A stretch of DNA of 64,000 nucleotides from Hydrolagus affinis. Its lineage: Eukaryota. The stretch lies in the NCBI GenBank assembly GCA_012026655.1, contig JAAILG010001034.1, positions 1-64,000 on the forward strand. The letters run 5' to 3'. Shown piece after piece: positions 25,888 through 37,810 of this stretch (positions are counted from its first letter, which is position 1; each line of letters begins with the position of its first letter). The position numbers were made by a program, and so were the translations under genes. The notes under the pieces were generated by a model. That model did not search any database. It was not told where the DNA came from and worked only from the letters and a program-made list of their open reading frames with translations.

Positions 25888-28200
25888 TATTCAGCAACAT
25901 TACATTTATGGAGCGCCTTTCACTTCAGGAGGACATCCCAAGGCACTGAAAAGTCAGGTCGGGACCCGAGCAAGGGGGAGGGGCAGGGTGTGAGGGGGGA
26001 GTGGGGGAGTGGAGAGAGTTGAGAGGGTGGCAGAAGGAACGATTGAAGAGGAGGGTTTTGAGCCCGCCCTTGAAGGAGGCAAAGGAGGAAGCGAAGCGCA
26101 AGGACTGTGGGATGGAGTTTCAGAGTGTGGGGGCTGAAAGGCTGAAAGCTCGTCCATCAATGGTAGGGTGAGTTGGGCGGGGTACATGGAGCAGACTGGA
26201 GGCTACTGAATGGAGGGAACAGGCGGTTCATAGAGAGATAGAGGTCAGAGAGATAGGAGGAGGTAAGACCATGAATGGCCTTGAAAGAGAGGTCGAGGAT
26301 CTTGAATTCGATCTTCTGAAGGATGGGGAGCCAATGGAGCCGTGTGAGGGTGGGAGTGATGTGGTTGCGGTGCTTGGTGCTGGAGAGAATACGAGCTGCA
26401 GAATTCTGGATGATCTGCAGCTTGTGAAGGGAAGAGTCAGGAAGGCCGATGAGGAGGGAGTTTCCATAGTTGAGGCGTGATGTGACGAATGCGTAGACAA
26501 GGGTTTTGGCAGCCTAATGGATGAGGCAGTGGCGGAGTCTGGCAATGTTATGGAGGTTGGTGGAAGGCAGGGCTGGTCAACGGTGCGGATGTGGGGGAGG
26601 AAGGACAGTTCAGGGTCAAACAAGACACCCAGGTTCCTGACTGCCTCATGAGATGGAAAGTGCAGCCTTAGATGCTGTTTCTGCCAGCATCTGAGGTACT
26701 GAGGCACTGAAGCGAACCAATCAGCAGGGCTTCAGTCTTGCAGACATTCAACTGGAGAAAGTTACCTCTCGTCCAGGACTCGATGTGGAGACAGTGTGAA
26801 AGATAGGACCAGAATCAGTCAAGGACAGAACCTTGAAGGTTGAGATGGAAGAAGAGGCGGTGGAGGAGGATTGAGTGGTCCACTGCATCGAAGGCAGTGG
26901 ATAGGTCAATAAGACAAGGAGGCAGAAGGAGCCCAGGTTACAGATGGTCAGGATACCATTTGTGACCTTGACCAGAACAGTTTCCATGCTCTGGGCAGCA
27001 TGGAATCCCGATTGGAGGGGCTCATGGAGAGAATGGGATGAGAGGAAGGAGCTAAGCTGGGAGGCAATGATTCTTTCAAGGACCTTTGACAGAAAAGGGA
27101 GGTTGGAGATGGGCTGGTAGCTTGAAAGCTGCAACGCATCAAGGAAAGATTTCTTAAGGATGGGGGTGATAGTGGCTGTTTTGAAGCAAGGTGGGAATGA
27201 TGCCGGAAGAAAAGAGACAGATTGTTTGTGTTGGCAAGTAGTGGGGCAAGGAGGTGGAGCTGGGAGCTAAGGGGCAGGGTGCGGATGGGGTCCAGTGAGC
27301 AGGTAGGTTTCATGGAGGATTTGGTGGTGATGACATATGATGGGGAGACAGGTTCAAAGGTGTAGAAGGAGGGATGGGTAGGAGTCATAGTGTGGGGGGG
27401 AGGTGCGGAGGGTGTGGAAGTTGGAAGGGCGGTGACAGCTGAGTGGATTCCCTCAATTTTGGACTCGAGGAAATCCAGCATCTCCTCGCAGTGGGAGTTG
27501 GGAGCACAGGATCAGCGAGGCGGGGAGGGCGGAGGAGCCGGCTTATTGTGAGGAACAAGAGTTTGGGGTTGTCCTTCGCCTCCAGAATTATCCTGGAATA
27601 GAAGTACGATTTGGCGGAGGCCAGAGTGGAGCGATAGGTTTTGATACGGTCCAGCCAGATATGCCGGTGGACCGTGAGGCCGGATTTGAGCCAAGTGCGT
27701 ACAGTGGCCCACACCTGGCCCTTGAGCGTGTGGAGGTGGATGGTGAACCAGGATGAGGTTTGAGATTAAGAAGCAGTTCAGAAGTTGAGGGAGCAAGGGC
27801 ATCGAGTGCAGTGGAGAGGGTGTGGTGGAGTGTAAGTGCAGAGGATTGGTCAATGCAGGAGGTGGGCCAGAGGAGGAGGAGTTCAGAGGTCTCCAAGGCA
27901 GCGGAGAGGGAAGATGGGGAGATCTTCTTCCATGGCAGTAGAAGACAGTGGTTGGTTTGGAGGCAATGGGAAAAGGGATAGAGGAGGTAAAGGAGATGAA
28001 ATGGTGGTTAGAGATGGCCTTGTCAGTGATGGTGACATCCGAGACACCGAGGCCCCAGGTGATCACCAGGTCAAGCGGGTGACCGTGAACGTGGGTTGGA
28101 AAGTGATGTGGAGGGAGAGGTTAGGAGAGGAGGGAGGAGAAGTCCGATGAGGTGGAGCAAAAGGGCAGGTGGCAGCGGCAGAGGCAGGGAGGGATGAGGA
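25888..28200 (-). mobile_element. L2-clade LINE, 5'-truncated and frameshifted, with internal deletion of the RT catalytic region
   Basis: APE endonuclease end PTHVHGHPLDLVIT...AISNHH (~28100-27990); RT YQPISNLPFLSKVLERIIASQL..EPLQSGF..METVLVKVTN; then a jump near 26760 directly to FLQLNVCKTEA (PQGSVLGP/YADD missing); VRNLGVLFDPELSF; 3' stem-loop tail at ~25890-25950. Confidence 0.9.
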
Positions 28201-28204
28201 GAGA

Positions 28205-28480
28205 CAAATAAACAACAAATCGCATTCACATAGTGTCTTTCACATCAGGAGGAAGTTGCAAGGCTCTGAACAGTAAAGGATTTGCACCCCAGCTGGGGGT
28301 TGGAATCAAGAGCGGTGGGTGCCAATGGTAGAATGATAACAAAAGGCACGGTCAAAGAGGAAAGTGTTGAGATGAGCCTTGGAGGAGGTAAGGCATGGGG
28401 CAAGGTGAAGGATTTCCGGATGGAATTGCAAAGGGTGGAAAGGAAAAGAGGGAGGAAGGAGGGAGTTTTGAAAATCAGAA
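28205..28480 (-). mobile_element. Older L2 3' fragment
   Basis: Parallels 25890-26150 (tail, then GAGATGAGCCTTGGAGGAGG). Confidence 0.55.
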
Positions 28481-28708
28481 CAATGCGCAAAGGACCTCCC
28501 GGATTTTCCAATGCCAAGTGACTTTTTTGACAGGATACCGGCCGTTTTATGGTAAACTGTTCTATATTCTCTGTTTAAAAAAAATCTGTTCACTTTTTTC
28601 TTTTGGTAACAATGCTCATTTTGTATCTTCTTCTCGCTGATTCTTTGGTGTAGAAGAGAAAATAACTTCTCTCTTATCAAAACCTACACAGAGGAATGAC
28701 TATGGCTG

Positions 28709-29038
28709 AACAAAACACAAAATACTACAGATGCTGGGAATCTGAAACAAAAACAGAAGTTGCTGGGGAAACTCAGCAGGTCAGGCAGCATCCACGGAGA
28801 AAGGAAAAGGAGTCAACATTTCGGATCTACAACCCTTCGTCAGAACTGGGACTTGTTTGGAGGGAGAGGTTTTTTTAAGGACATTAAAGAGGGAGAGGCA
28901 GGACATGGAAGACAAAGGAGACAAAGAAGGAAAAGGAAAAAAAGAGTGTGTTAACTGATGGGTTGAATATGTGATAACAGCTTCAGGGGGAGAAACAGAA
29001 GGGGGTGGGTTTAAACGAAACTGGAGAGAAGAGGTGAT
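28709..29038 (-). mobile_element. Penelope-like/hammerhead-family insert with 14-bp TSD
   Basis: AATGACTATGGCTG at 28695-28708 and 29039-29052; body aligns to 15389-15651. Confidence 0.82.
28811..28847 (-). ncRNA. Minimal type I hammerhead ribozyme motif (core intact, CpG-decayed stems)
   Basis: AGTT CTGACGA A GGGTT GTA GATCC GAAA TG TT GACT. Confidence 0.5.
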
Positions 29039-29759
29039 AATGACTATGGCTGGCCTGAATTACACCAATTTATAGTGTAACGACAGATTTATAGTAAGTG
29101 GAATCATTGCATTTGGAACAATAAAACTATTTGAGATAAATTTGCCCTCTGTTCTACATTTTACTCTAGTTGACAAGTTAGTGGGATCTGATGGACAGAG
29201 GCCAGAAGGATGGCTTGTGTGGGAAACAGAGAAACACAGACTGGTGTACAAGGGAATGCTCTCCTCCTCACCATCAATGGTAACGATCACCATCAAAGCT
29301 GTTAACAATCAATTAAACCAACAATTAAAGCGTGAAGCAGCTCGCTACCCACCAAATCACAAATCCCAGTGATGAACATTGGAGGTATTAAGGTCTTTTT
29401 TAAGAACTAATTTTAACTACCACCTGTTCTCAGAAACAGCCCTTGCTCTGATTGAATAAATGCCTGTTGGAAGAGAATTGATCATTTTCACAGCAGTGGC
29501 TTTACAGCCCTCTAATAACCTGGAAAGAGGAGGCAGCAGCATTAACCAGTTAGAAAGAAATTGTCTGTCTGCAACTCAATGTAATACCTGCAGAGATTTA
29601 GGTTTAGTGAATATGGCCTCTAGTCCAGCTCTGGAATCATGAGTTACACACGTAACCTGGAATTACCGCTAAATAGATTTTCATATTAATAATGATACTA
29701 ATAATAATCCTTGCATTTAATATTATGCCTGGTCAGATTATTGAGCTGTCTCAATGGAT

Positions 29760-30072
29760 TTCATAGGATTTACTGTGAAGTGGAGTGACTGCGTATTTTG
29801 TAGACAAACGCAGAAGCCAATTTGCGCACAGCGGTGTCTCACAAACAACCGTAGAGTAACCAATTGACTGTTGGCAAGGACACCGGGCAAAACTCCCTTT
29901 TCTTTTCAATAATGTTACGGGGGCTTTAATGTCCATGTCGACAGACAGTTGGGACCTTGTATCAACATTTCATCTGAAAGATGGCATCTTAGTATTGTAT
30001 TTGAGTGTCAGCCTAGACCATGGGATCCAAGTCCTGGTGCGAGGCTTGAACTCACAACTTTCTAACTCAAGA
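29760..30072 (-). mobile_element. Older Deu-SINE
   Basis: GCCAATTTGCGCACAGC, GGACACCGGG, GAGTGTCAGCCTAGA and CTTGAACTCACAACTTTCT motifs. Confidence 0.7.
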
Positions 30073-30264
30073 GTTTTTTTTTGTCAGCTGTGTGCCTCAC
30101 ACAGGTGGAAACCCATCACCAATCCTGTGCATTTCCATCCTCCTGGATCTCTTTGCCCAGTTGATCACTCAATTCTCCATCACAGCCTAACCCACCTTGG
30201 TGGGAATCCACACTAACTTGGTTTAAATCTAATTAACCATTTCATCTCTCCACCTGCCCTACCC

Positions 30265-30560
30265 AGTCCATCAGGTCGGCTGATTGTCTGGCAGACATCA
30301 GGGCCTGGACGAATGCAAATTTCCTGCAGCTGAATGTGGGCAAGACACAAGCCATACTCTTTGGCTCCCGTCAATATCTTCACTCCTGTAGATCTAAACT
30401 CCTCAACCTCCCTTGGCTCTCCCTCACACTCATCGAACCAGTGCCCAACCTAGGTGTCTGGTTTGACCCACGGCTGTTCTTCCTCCCCCAAATCCTAGCC
30501 TAGGACTAGTTTCCTCCACCTTCACCAAACTGCCTGCCTCTGACTGTACCTTACCTTTTC
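30265..30560 (+). mobile_element. L2 ORF2 fragment
   Basis: DCLADIRAWTNANFLQLNVGKTQAILFG...PNLGVWFD. Confidence 0.8.
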
Positions 30561-31621
30561 ACACCTTCCCAACGCAGTCCTACAGGACAATGTCCAGGCT
30601 GAAGTTGGTATCCACCGCAACCCCGAGGTATTAATAAGTCAACAATTGGGACTGATGCCCCTTGTATCTTGTAATCCATTCCCTCAATGTCTTCCCTTGG
30701 GCCGTTCAGAACCATGATTCCGCACTTGGTACACCTACCACTGTTGGCCCAGTGTGCAAGATGGTGGGCACAGTACAGAAAGTCCCCGAGGGGAGTCGAC
30801 AAACAGCACAATGTCATCCACAAACAGAGGTGCTTCAATCCATCATTGCTGTCAACTAAGCAAGGCTGACACAGCACGTGAGCATATCACTTTCAAATCA
30901 AAACACAGTGGAGAGATTCGAAGATTCTATCCTCCACAGAGTAGTGGGGACATAGTTTAAATGGTCTAGATTGTGTTTACCAACATTATAATGGTAACCA
31001 AGCATCCATTTTGTGCACAGTGAGCAGCCACGGCAGGTTTGGCCACAACACATAGTCACTCCACTTCACAGTGTAACCTGTGAAGCTCTTTGTGATGTCA
31101 TCCTGACGTGAAAGCCACAATCCAAATAATAGTAATCCTTGCATTTGATATAGTTCCTTTTTACATCTTCTAGACGTCTCAAAGCACTTCACAGAATATA
31201 CTGTAAAGTGAATTGACTGTGTATATATGTAGGATAAATGTAAGAATTATTATGGAATTATATTATTTTATAGTTGTCTAATTTTATAAGTTTAATTTAC
31301 CTGTAGGATTGTTGGCAGTGAGAAATTTTCTTCTGTTTTCAAACAGCGCCATTGAATCGTTACAGTACAAATCGTCAGTTAGGACCTCAGTTTAATGTCC
31401 CATCAGGAGGAATGTACCTCCAGCAAAGCAACTCAGTACTGCACTGGTTGGCAGCCAAGACATTTTTTTAAAAAAATCTATTTTACAGCAGACCTTTAGC
31501 TGTTTTAATACTACACATTTAGGATGGAGATTAAGTTCTTTGAACTTCTTCAAAAAGATGAAAATTATGGACAACACCAATCTGGTTCAGGTCGTTTTGA
31601 CAACAAAGAAATGTATTACAT

Positions 31622-31868
31622 TAATAATCCTTGCTTTTGCTTTAGTACTTCATCATGTTGTTGAGATGTCTTCAAATCACTTAATTATCGAATAAACTGT
31701 AAATTGAATTTACGCATAACACAATACTACAAACGGATTGGGTTAGAGTGACCAAATCCGCTAACCGACTTAACAACCCGGTTACTACTTATAGCTTGGT
31801 AAACAGAGGCGTGCTGAGTAAGAAAACTTGAGTAAGGGGAGCGTGTTAACCGCCACGCTACGGGATAC
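31622..31868 (-). mobile_element. Degenerate long-form tRNA/Deu SINE
   Basis: Tail AATAATCCTTGC, segment GGTAAACAGAGGCGTG..GAGTAAGAAAACTTG and head remnant GTGTTAACCGCCACGCTACGGGA. Confidence 0.6.
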
Positions 31869-31920
31869 CATACTATGTTACGAAACTCCACAAATTTTCT
31901 CTGACACCATTTACTATGAT

Positions 31921-32270
31921 GGAGTCCTGTAACTCAATGATTAGAGTACTCGCCTCGCAAGCGAGAGACCGGAGTTTGATTCCTGGGCAGGGTGACACCT
32001 TAGAAATGTTTCCTTCCTCCACACACCTCTGTTTACCTTGCAGCAAGTAGGAACCGATTGACGGATTGGAAATAATATTCCTTAAAAAAAATTGCTCAAT
32101 CAATCCACGACTATTTATGGGACACCACTGCTGCGAGTAATTGGTTGCCGTGTTTTGCCCACAAAATATACAGTCAATTCACTTTACAATATATTCTGTG
32201 AAGCATTTAAGACATCTTGAAGACATGACAAGGCTCTATATCAAATGCTTGATTATTATTATGATGATGA
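31921..32270 (+). mobile_element. tRNA-derived Deu-domain SINE, long form
   Basis: GGAGTCCTGTAACTCAATGATTAGAGTACTCGCCTCGCAAGCGAGAGACC...CCTCTGTTTACC...; tail at ~32190-32270. Confidence 0.82.
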
Positions 32271-33148
32271 TGGGATAATAACTAGCTTTGGGCCTAACAT
32301 TTTTTTTAACCACTTATGTTTTCTATCTATTTGTTGTTACACTACACTCCCCAGTTTGCACTAATTTTTTTGATCTCTGGAACATCAAGCTGGCTGGCAC
32401 ATCACAAGCTGTCCTTTATGGGTCCTCACACCACGCTGAAGGCAGATATCCATCAAATAGCTGCTGAAGAAACACTCAGACTTTGGACGACAGCTGCGGA
32501 AAGGCATTAATTGGAGTCTCGGTTTGTGAACACACATTCATATATTCAGAACTTGATATACACCTTGATTGATATGCAGAGGGACAAGCTGCTGAAGCTC
32601 AGGCTCTGAATCTACAACTAGTATATCCATTGCTCAATGGGAAAGATGTGTGACTGAGCTAAAGACAGGAAAATGGTGGCATCAGACATTTTATACTGAG
32701 CTATGCTATTCACCAAGAGGCTCGCAGGGAGTTCCTGGTATTTACCCTTCACCTGGTGAGAGCTCAAACTTGTGTTTATCGGGTATTGAATGACTATCCT
32801 CTGTAGGAAAGAGTTAAGTTCTTGAAGCTGAAGTATCTCCAAGGTGACACATATGGCAATTTGGGTCCTGTTCACCCTACAACACAAAGCACTAACAGGT
32901 AGGGTAGTCCTGGCTGGACAAGCAGTGGGAAAGTTTGCCAGACCGTGCTTTGAATGGCAAACTTTGCAGTTTTAGCTGATTAAACCCCAGTGCACACTCT
33001 CAAATCCATCAAGCCTTGGCTCTTGCCAACCAGCACCTGACATTTTGAGAGCTTTGAGATGACCTCCCAACGTGAAAGGCACAATACTATATTATTGTAA
33101 ATGTACTGCAATATTCTCTGGATTTAGATAAGCAAAGTGTGCCCTTCC

Positions 33149-33180
33149 AGAGAGAGAGAGAGCGAGAGAGAGAGAGAGAG
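33149..33180. repeat. (AG)n microsatellite
   Basis: About 16 AG units with one interruption. Confidence 0.95.
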
Positions 33181-35326
33181 TGAGCATTCCACTCCAGGTA
33201 CAGGAAAATGTCCTTATGTGGGTGGGATACATGTTAAACTCTCGGTCTGGTTAGATTCTTAAACATGGTGATAGGTTGCTGGATGTGTCACTGGTGGGTT
33301 GACCAAAATAAAATTTTAATCCCAAATTACTTTAATTTAACACAAGGGAATTCAGACCCCAGAGTGCTTGTGCAATGGGACCAGACGAGGGATAATTAAA
33401 AAAATGCCATGAAACTATGAGCCTCCGCATTTACCTTTATTTTCTTAAAACCTCTGATATTGATTGGGGGTGGTCAGCAACTCGAGAATAAGCAGTTAGT
33501 GCTTTGTTGTCTTTGCAACACTAGAAAGTTTTCTCCTACAGCTTCAGTTTCTTAGGTTTTTATCAATAAGTTGCACACTGTCTCCATAAGCCTGTTGACC
33601 CTGCACAGAAATATCCGTGTTCATGGAATCCATACAGAATCTCCATTTCCCTCACAGCTGATACACACATCCCAAATCCTAACAGATTGTCATAGCTGGG
33701 TTGGTACAAGTATAACAAGTCAAGTGCACAAAGCAAACAAGAAAAGCAAAGTGAAACTTGGATCCATCAGAGACTTTGCTTTTAAACCTGGGAGATACTG
33801 GAGCCTCAACTAGATCAGTGGCTTTACACTACATCACTAAATCACTCAAAGTTATCCTAATAAACAGGAACCCAAAATGGGAATAGTTTCCTAAATATTA
33901 TTTCACTTACAATCTTTTATATCGACCAAATCGTATACTTTTCTGCATTCTGCATCATATACTGAGATCTGCATTTTCCTCGTTAAAAAAACACCTAAAG
34001 CTTGAAATTCCATTGAATCTTAGCCGATGACACCATTTTGTCTTAAAATTTAAGAAATACAAACATTTCTTAAGTTTAGTGTTAATTGGGAAGCTATTCT
34101 ATGTGTATAGGTTCGGCTGCATTCATTCATCATTGTACAGTACTGTAATATGAAATGACTGCCCCAAACGTGCATAAAAATACTGATTCATTATTAAAAA
34201 AACAAGGAAAAAAAACAAGATGATTGCACTTTTATCGCCGAGGGTCTTTCATCACTGCAGGCTATATTTTCAGATACGTAATTGTACACATAGAGCATTC
34301 GGAGAGATGCAGCCCTTTTGGGCGAGTGCTCAGGTAGAATATGTGGTGCTAAGAAAATTGACTTTCCACTGCATTTTAATTCTCGTCATCAGAAGTGTGT
34401 TGACTGATAGGACTATCAGGATCCCAGCAGAAACTCTTCTTGCACCATGTGTTGAACTCCCAACCTCAGTAACACATATGGAAGCTTGCTGTGGAAGAGA
34501 AGCCACTGAAGAGCTTAGAACCCTCCCGCAGCTGTCAACGCAGGAACACCTAGGCTGGTTTAACACTGTGATCCATAATAACAAGGGCATGCGATCCTGA
34601 ATTCCATCAGATGTCAACACGATTACTTAACTCTGCTAATCCCAAGTGTTTAAACCTTTCCATTGACAAGACTATTCTTCGCTTCTATTTATCTTTTGTG
34701 CTGATCCAAAAACCATACATGGGTTCTGATCACTTGAGGGAAAATAAGAAACAGGGTCATTTATATTCAAGAGGTCATTAATTAACTATGTTACATTTTT
34801 ATGCAAATTTAAGCAACACATAATGAAACTTTTTTGTGAAGTACGGAATGGCAAGGTTACAATGATCTCTGTAATAATGCTTTCATTACAAAGATCTATG
34901 TTTGTAATTCAAATTGTGCATCAAATGTAACTACTTTGGAACAACTTTTCATTTTGTTATTAAAATATTATTAACCAGACAAGTTGCTCGGAGAACTATA
35001 CTGTGACATTGAACTCTCAGCAGAGAGAAGTACTGTGATTCCTACGATTTACTGCCTCTCTTACCTTGATCACACACAATCACTTTATCAGGCTGTCTAG
35101 AGAAGATCTTTTTTTCCTACAGCTTTCTGAATCCTAAACACTCAAGCATTGGAGTAGGCTATTAACTCTGGGATGAGCTAACTCCAATTTCCTGCAACTT
35201 CGCTATAACCTTTTACATTTTCCTTCTTCACATGTTTATCCAATTTCCTTCTAAATTATGTAATACTCTCAGTTTCAATCTTTAGTTAGGCAAAGCATTT
35301 CAAGTTCTAATAACCATTATTTGAAA

Positions 35327-35636
35327 ATAATAATAATCCTTGCATTTAATATAGCGCTTTTCACGTCTTCTAGACGTCTCAAAGCGCTTCACAGAATATA
35401 CTGTAAAATGAATTTCGACTGAATATTTGCCGGCGAAATGCAGCAGCCAATTGCGTGCAGCAATTGTCCCATAAACAGTCGTGGATTGAAATTAAGAGTT
35501 TTTTAATTTTATTTTTAGGGATTATCATCAGGGACGTGGAGTAAGGAAACTTGTCCAAGGTATTGCCCTGCCTGGAATCGAACCTAGGTCTCTCGTTTGC
35601 AAGGCAAGTGCTCTAACCAATGAGCTACAGGATTCC
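35327..35636 (-). mobile_element. tRNA-derived Deu-domain SINE, short form (TGC-loop variant)
   Basis: Full family match. Confidence 0.9.
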
Positions 35637-36906
35637 TGTAGACCAAAATGTTAATCTCTGACTCACCAATTGACAACACCGAGTTTATATTTCAAAATTG
35701 TTAACACATTCCAAATAATGGTAATAATCTTCAAGTCGTCATTATTTCCTCAAAATGTTTCAAAATTTTGCAAAGCTCTGTCAGATCCTCAGCTTGTACC
35801 TTTTAGTGGTTGATAAAGATAAATCTGTCAGGATTTCTGTGCTGGATTCACTCCAATAAAGGATGATGGTGTGAATGTGTAGAAAGCAGAGGCAATGGTA
35901 AATAAGAAGACTAACCTCAATGAATCGTTCAAAACCCAATCTTACCTTTAGTTAACAGCTGAATTACATGATTGATACAAAGGCTGAAATGATGTAAAAT
36001 GACCCTCAGACCAGTCTACACACAACTTTCTCAAGCTCCAGAGGCAGAGTGTAACGTACTCAGGATATCTAGGAAACTAAACTGCTTATTGTGTCATATC
36101 TATTTAAACTCCTCAACCAAGAATAACCGTTCATTTTGTGATTATATTAACAATGATTTCAGTTATTAAAACGATGTGTGGTTAACGCTATCTGAAAAAT
36201 ACACTTGCGACATGAAGATGAATTTTATTCTTTATAATTAGTTGTACTTTAAATGCGTCTCTCGCTCCAAAAGAATTGACATTAATGTGATGAGATTCTC
36301 TTAGATTGTCATATTCTTAACGATAATTAAAAAGGGCCCTGTAATCCGGATGAAACGATTGAGTGGGAGAGATTTGGCTCAGAGGCCTTTTCCTATGTAA
36401 CACTGCTCCGAGGAATCAATGAAACTAAAGCCAAGATAGCTCACTGACAAGAAGAAAGAGAAAAGCAAGCACTGCTCTGAAGGGGAACTTACTCTCATCG
36501 AGCAAGTTAGAATATGCCAACCAAACTCCACATTTCTATCTGAAACGCGAGGGGCAATACTCTTGGGGGCGTTGTTCATGAAATAGAATTTATATTCTTT
36601 AAGATCTAAACACATTGATTCATAACCGAATTCCAAATGTATATTCCAAAAGTGCATCCCACTCACCTGTGGGAACTCTGCTCAGACTGAATTTACTTTC
36701 AGAATGGAGTTTTCCTGTAAGTTGATATAATGTACCTGTCATCAGAAAGAGTCCAAGTTCGGAATATTTTACTTAATCCTGTTCAATTGGCTACATGTTA
36801 AGACATCTTTGTTAACCTCCACAGTGAAATGGTTACATTTTCTGAGGGTTTTAGCCGAGTTTCAAAGTGCAGGGCCCAAAAGCATGTTTGATTGAACAAC
36901 AGAATA

Positions 36907-37249
36907 TAATAATAATAATAATCCTTGCATTTGATATAGCGCTTTTCACATCTTATCGACGTCCCAAAGCGCTTCACAGAATATACTTTAAAGTGAATTG
37001 ACTGTATATATTTGTGGGCGAATCGCGGCAGCCAATTGCGCACAGCAGCGTCCCACACACAGTCGTGGATTGAAATGACCAATTTTATTATTGTGGGTTT
37101 TTTGGGACGGATTATTATTAGGCGTGTGGAGTAAGGAAACTTGCCCAAGGTTTCGCCCTGACCTGCCTGGATTCAAACACAGGTCTCCCCAGCTTGGTCT
37201 CCCCAGCTTGTAAGACAAAGTGCTCTAACTACTGAGCCACAGGAACTCC
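36907..37249 (-). mobile_element. tRNA-derived Deu-domain SINE, short form with 14-nt duplication in the head
   Basis: CpG-rich young copy; GTCTCCCCAGCTTG occurs twice at 37183-37210. Confidence 0.92.
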
Positions 37250-37479
37250 ACAAAAATCATCATCTTCTATTCCACATTCAAATAGAAAGTAACTGCGGAA
37301 ATTGGTAGCATTGAGGATGTCTTTAGTGGCGGCTTTACTATGTTTCCTTTTCATTTTGGAAAAGTAGAATTTCATTCCATGCTTCCATATTTCTCTACAG
37401 AGTGTAGCAGGAATCAAATCTTGTGACAGAATCCAGCAGCAGCCACCTAACATCCTTAAATTTTTGGATTTATAGCTCA

Positions 37480-37810
37480 GTGTCCTGCAGCTCAATGGTT
37501 AGAGCACTCGCCTTACAAGTGTGAGACCTATGTTTGAATCCAGGCAGGTCAGGGCGAAATCTTGGGCGAGTTTTCCTAACTCCACACACACGTCTAATAA
37601 TAATCCCTCAAAAAAAAAACACAAGTCATGTAATAATTGGTCATTTCAATCTACGATTGTTTGAGGGTCACTGCTGTGCGCAATTGACTGCCGCGTTTCG
37701 CTCACAAATATAGTCAATTCACTTTACAGTATATTCTGTGAAGCGCTTTGAGACGTCTAGAGGAAGTGAAAAGCGTTATATCAAATGCAAGGATTATTAT
37801 TATGATTATA
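37480..37810 (+). mobile_element. tRNA-derived Deu-domain SINE, short form
   Basis: GTCCTGCAGCTCAATGGTTAGAGCACTCGCCTTACAAG...GCAAGGATTATTAT. Confidence 0.92.

Noticed and set aside
26228-28066. Longest ORFs in the track (128-184 aa)
   Set aside because: Frameshifted pieces or alternative frames of a dead L2 ORF2, not host genes.
30590-30860. GC-richer block with overlapping ORFs, possibly another retroelement fragment
   Set aside because: No motif I can assign with confidence; left uncalled.
36667-36714. Possible 48-nt minus-strand exon with strong donor CAG|gtgagt
   Set aside because: Poor polypyrimidine tract, in-frame TGA and no homology; likely a chance splice-like motif.
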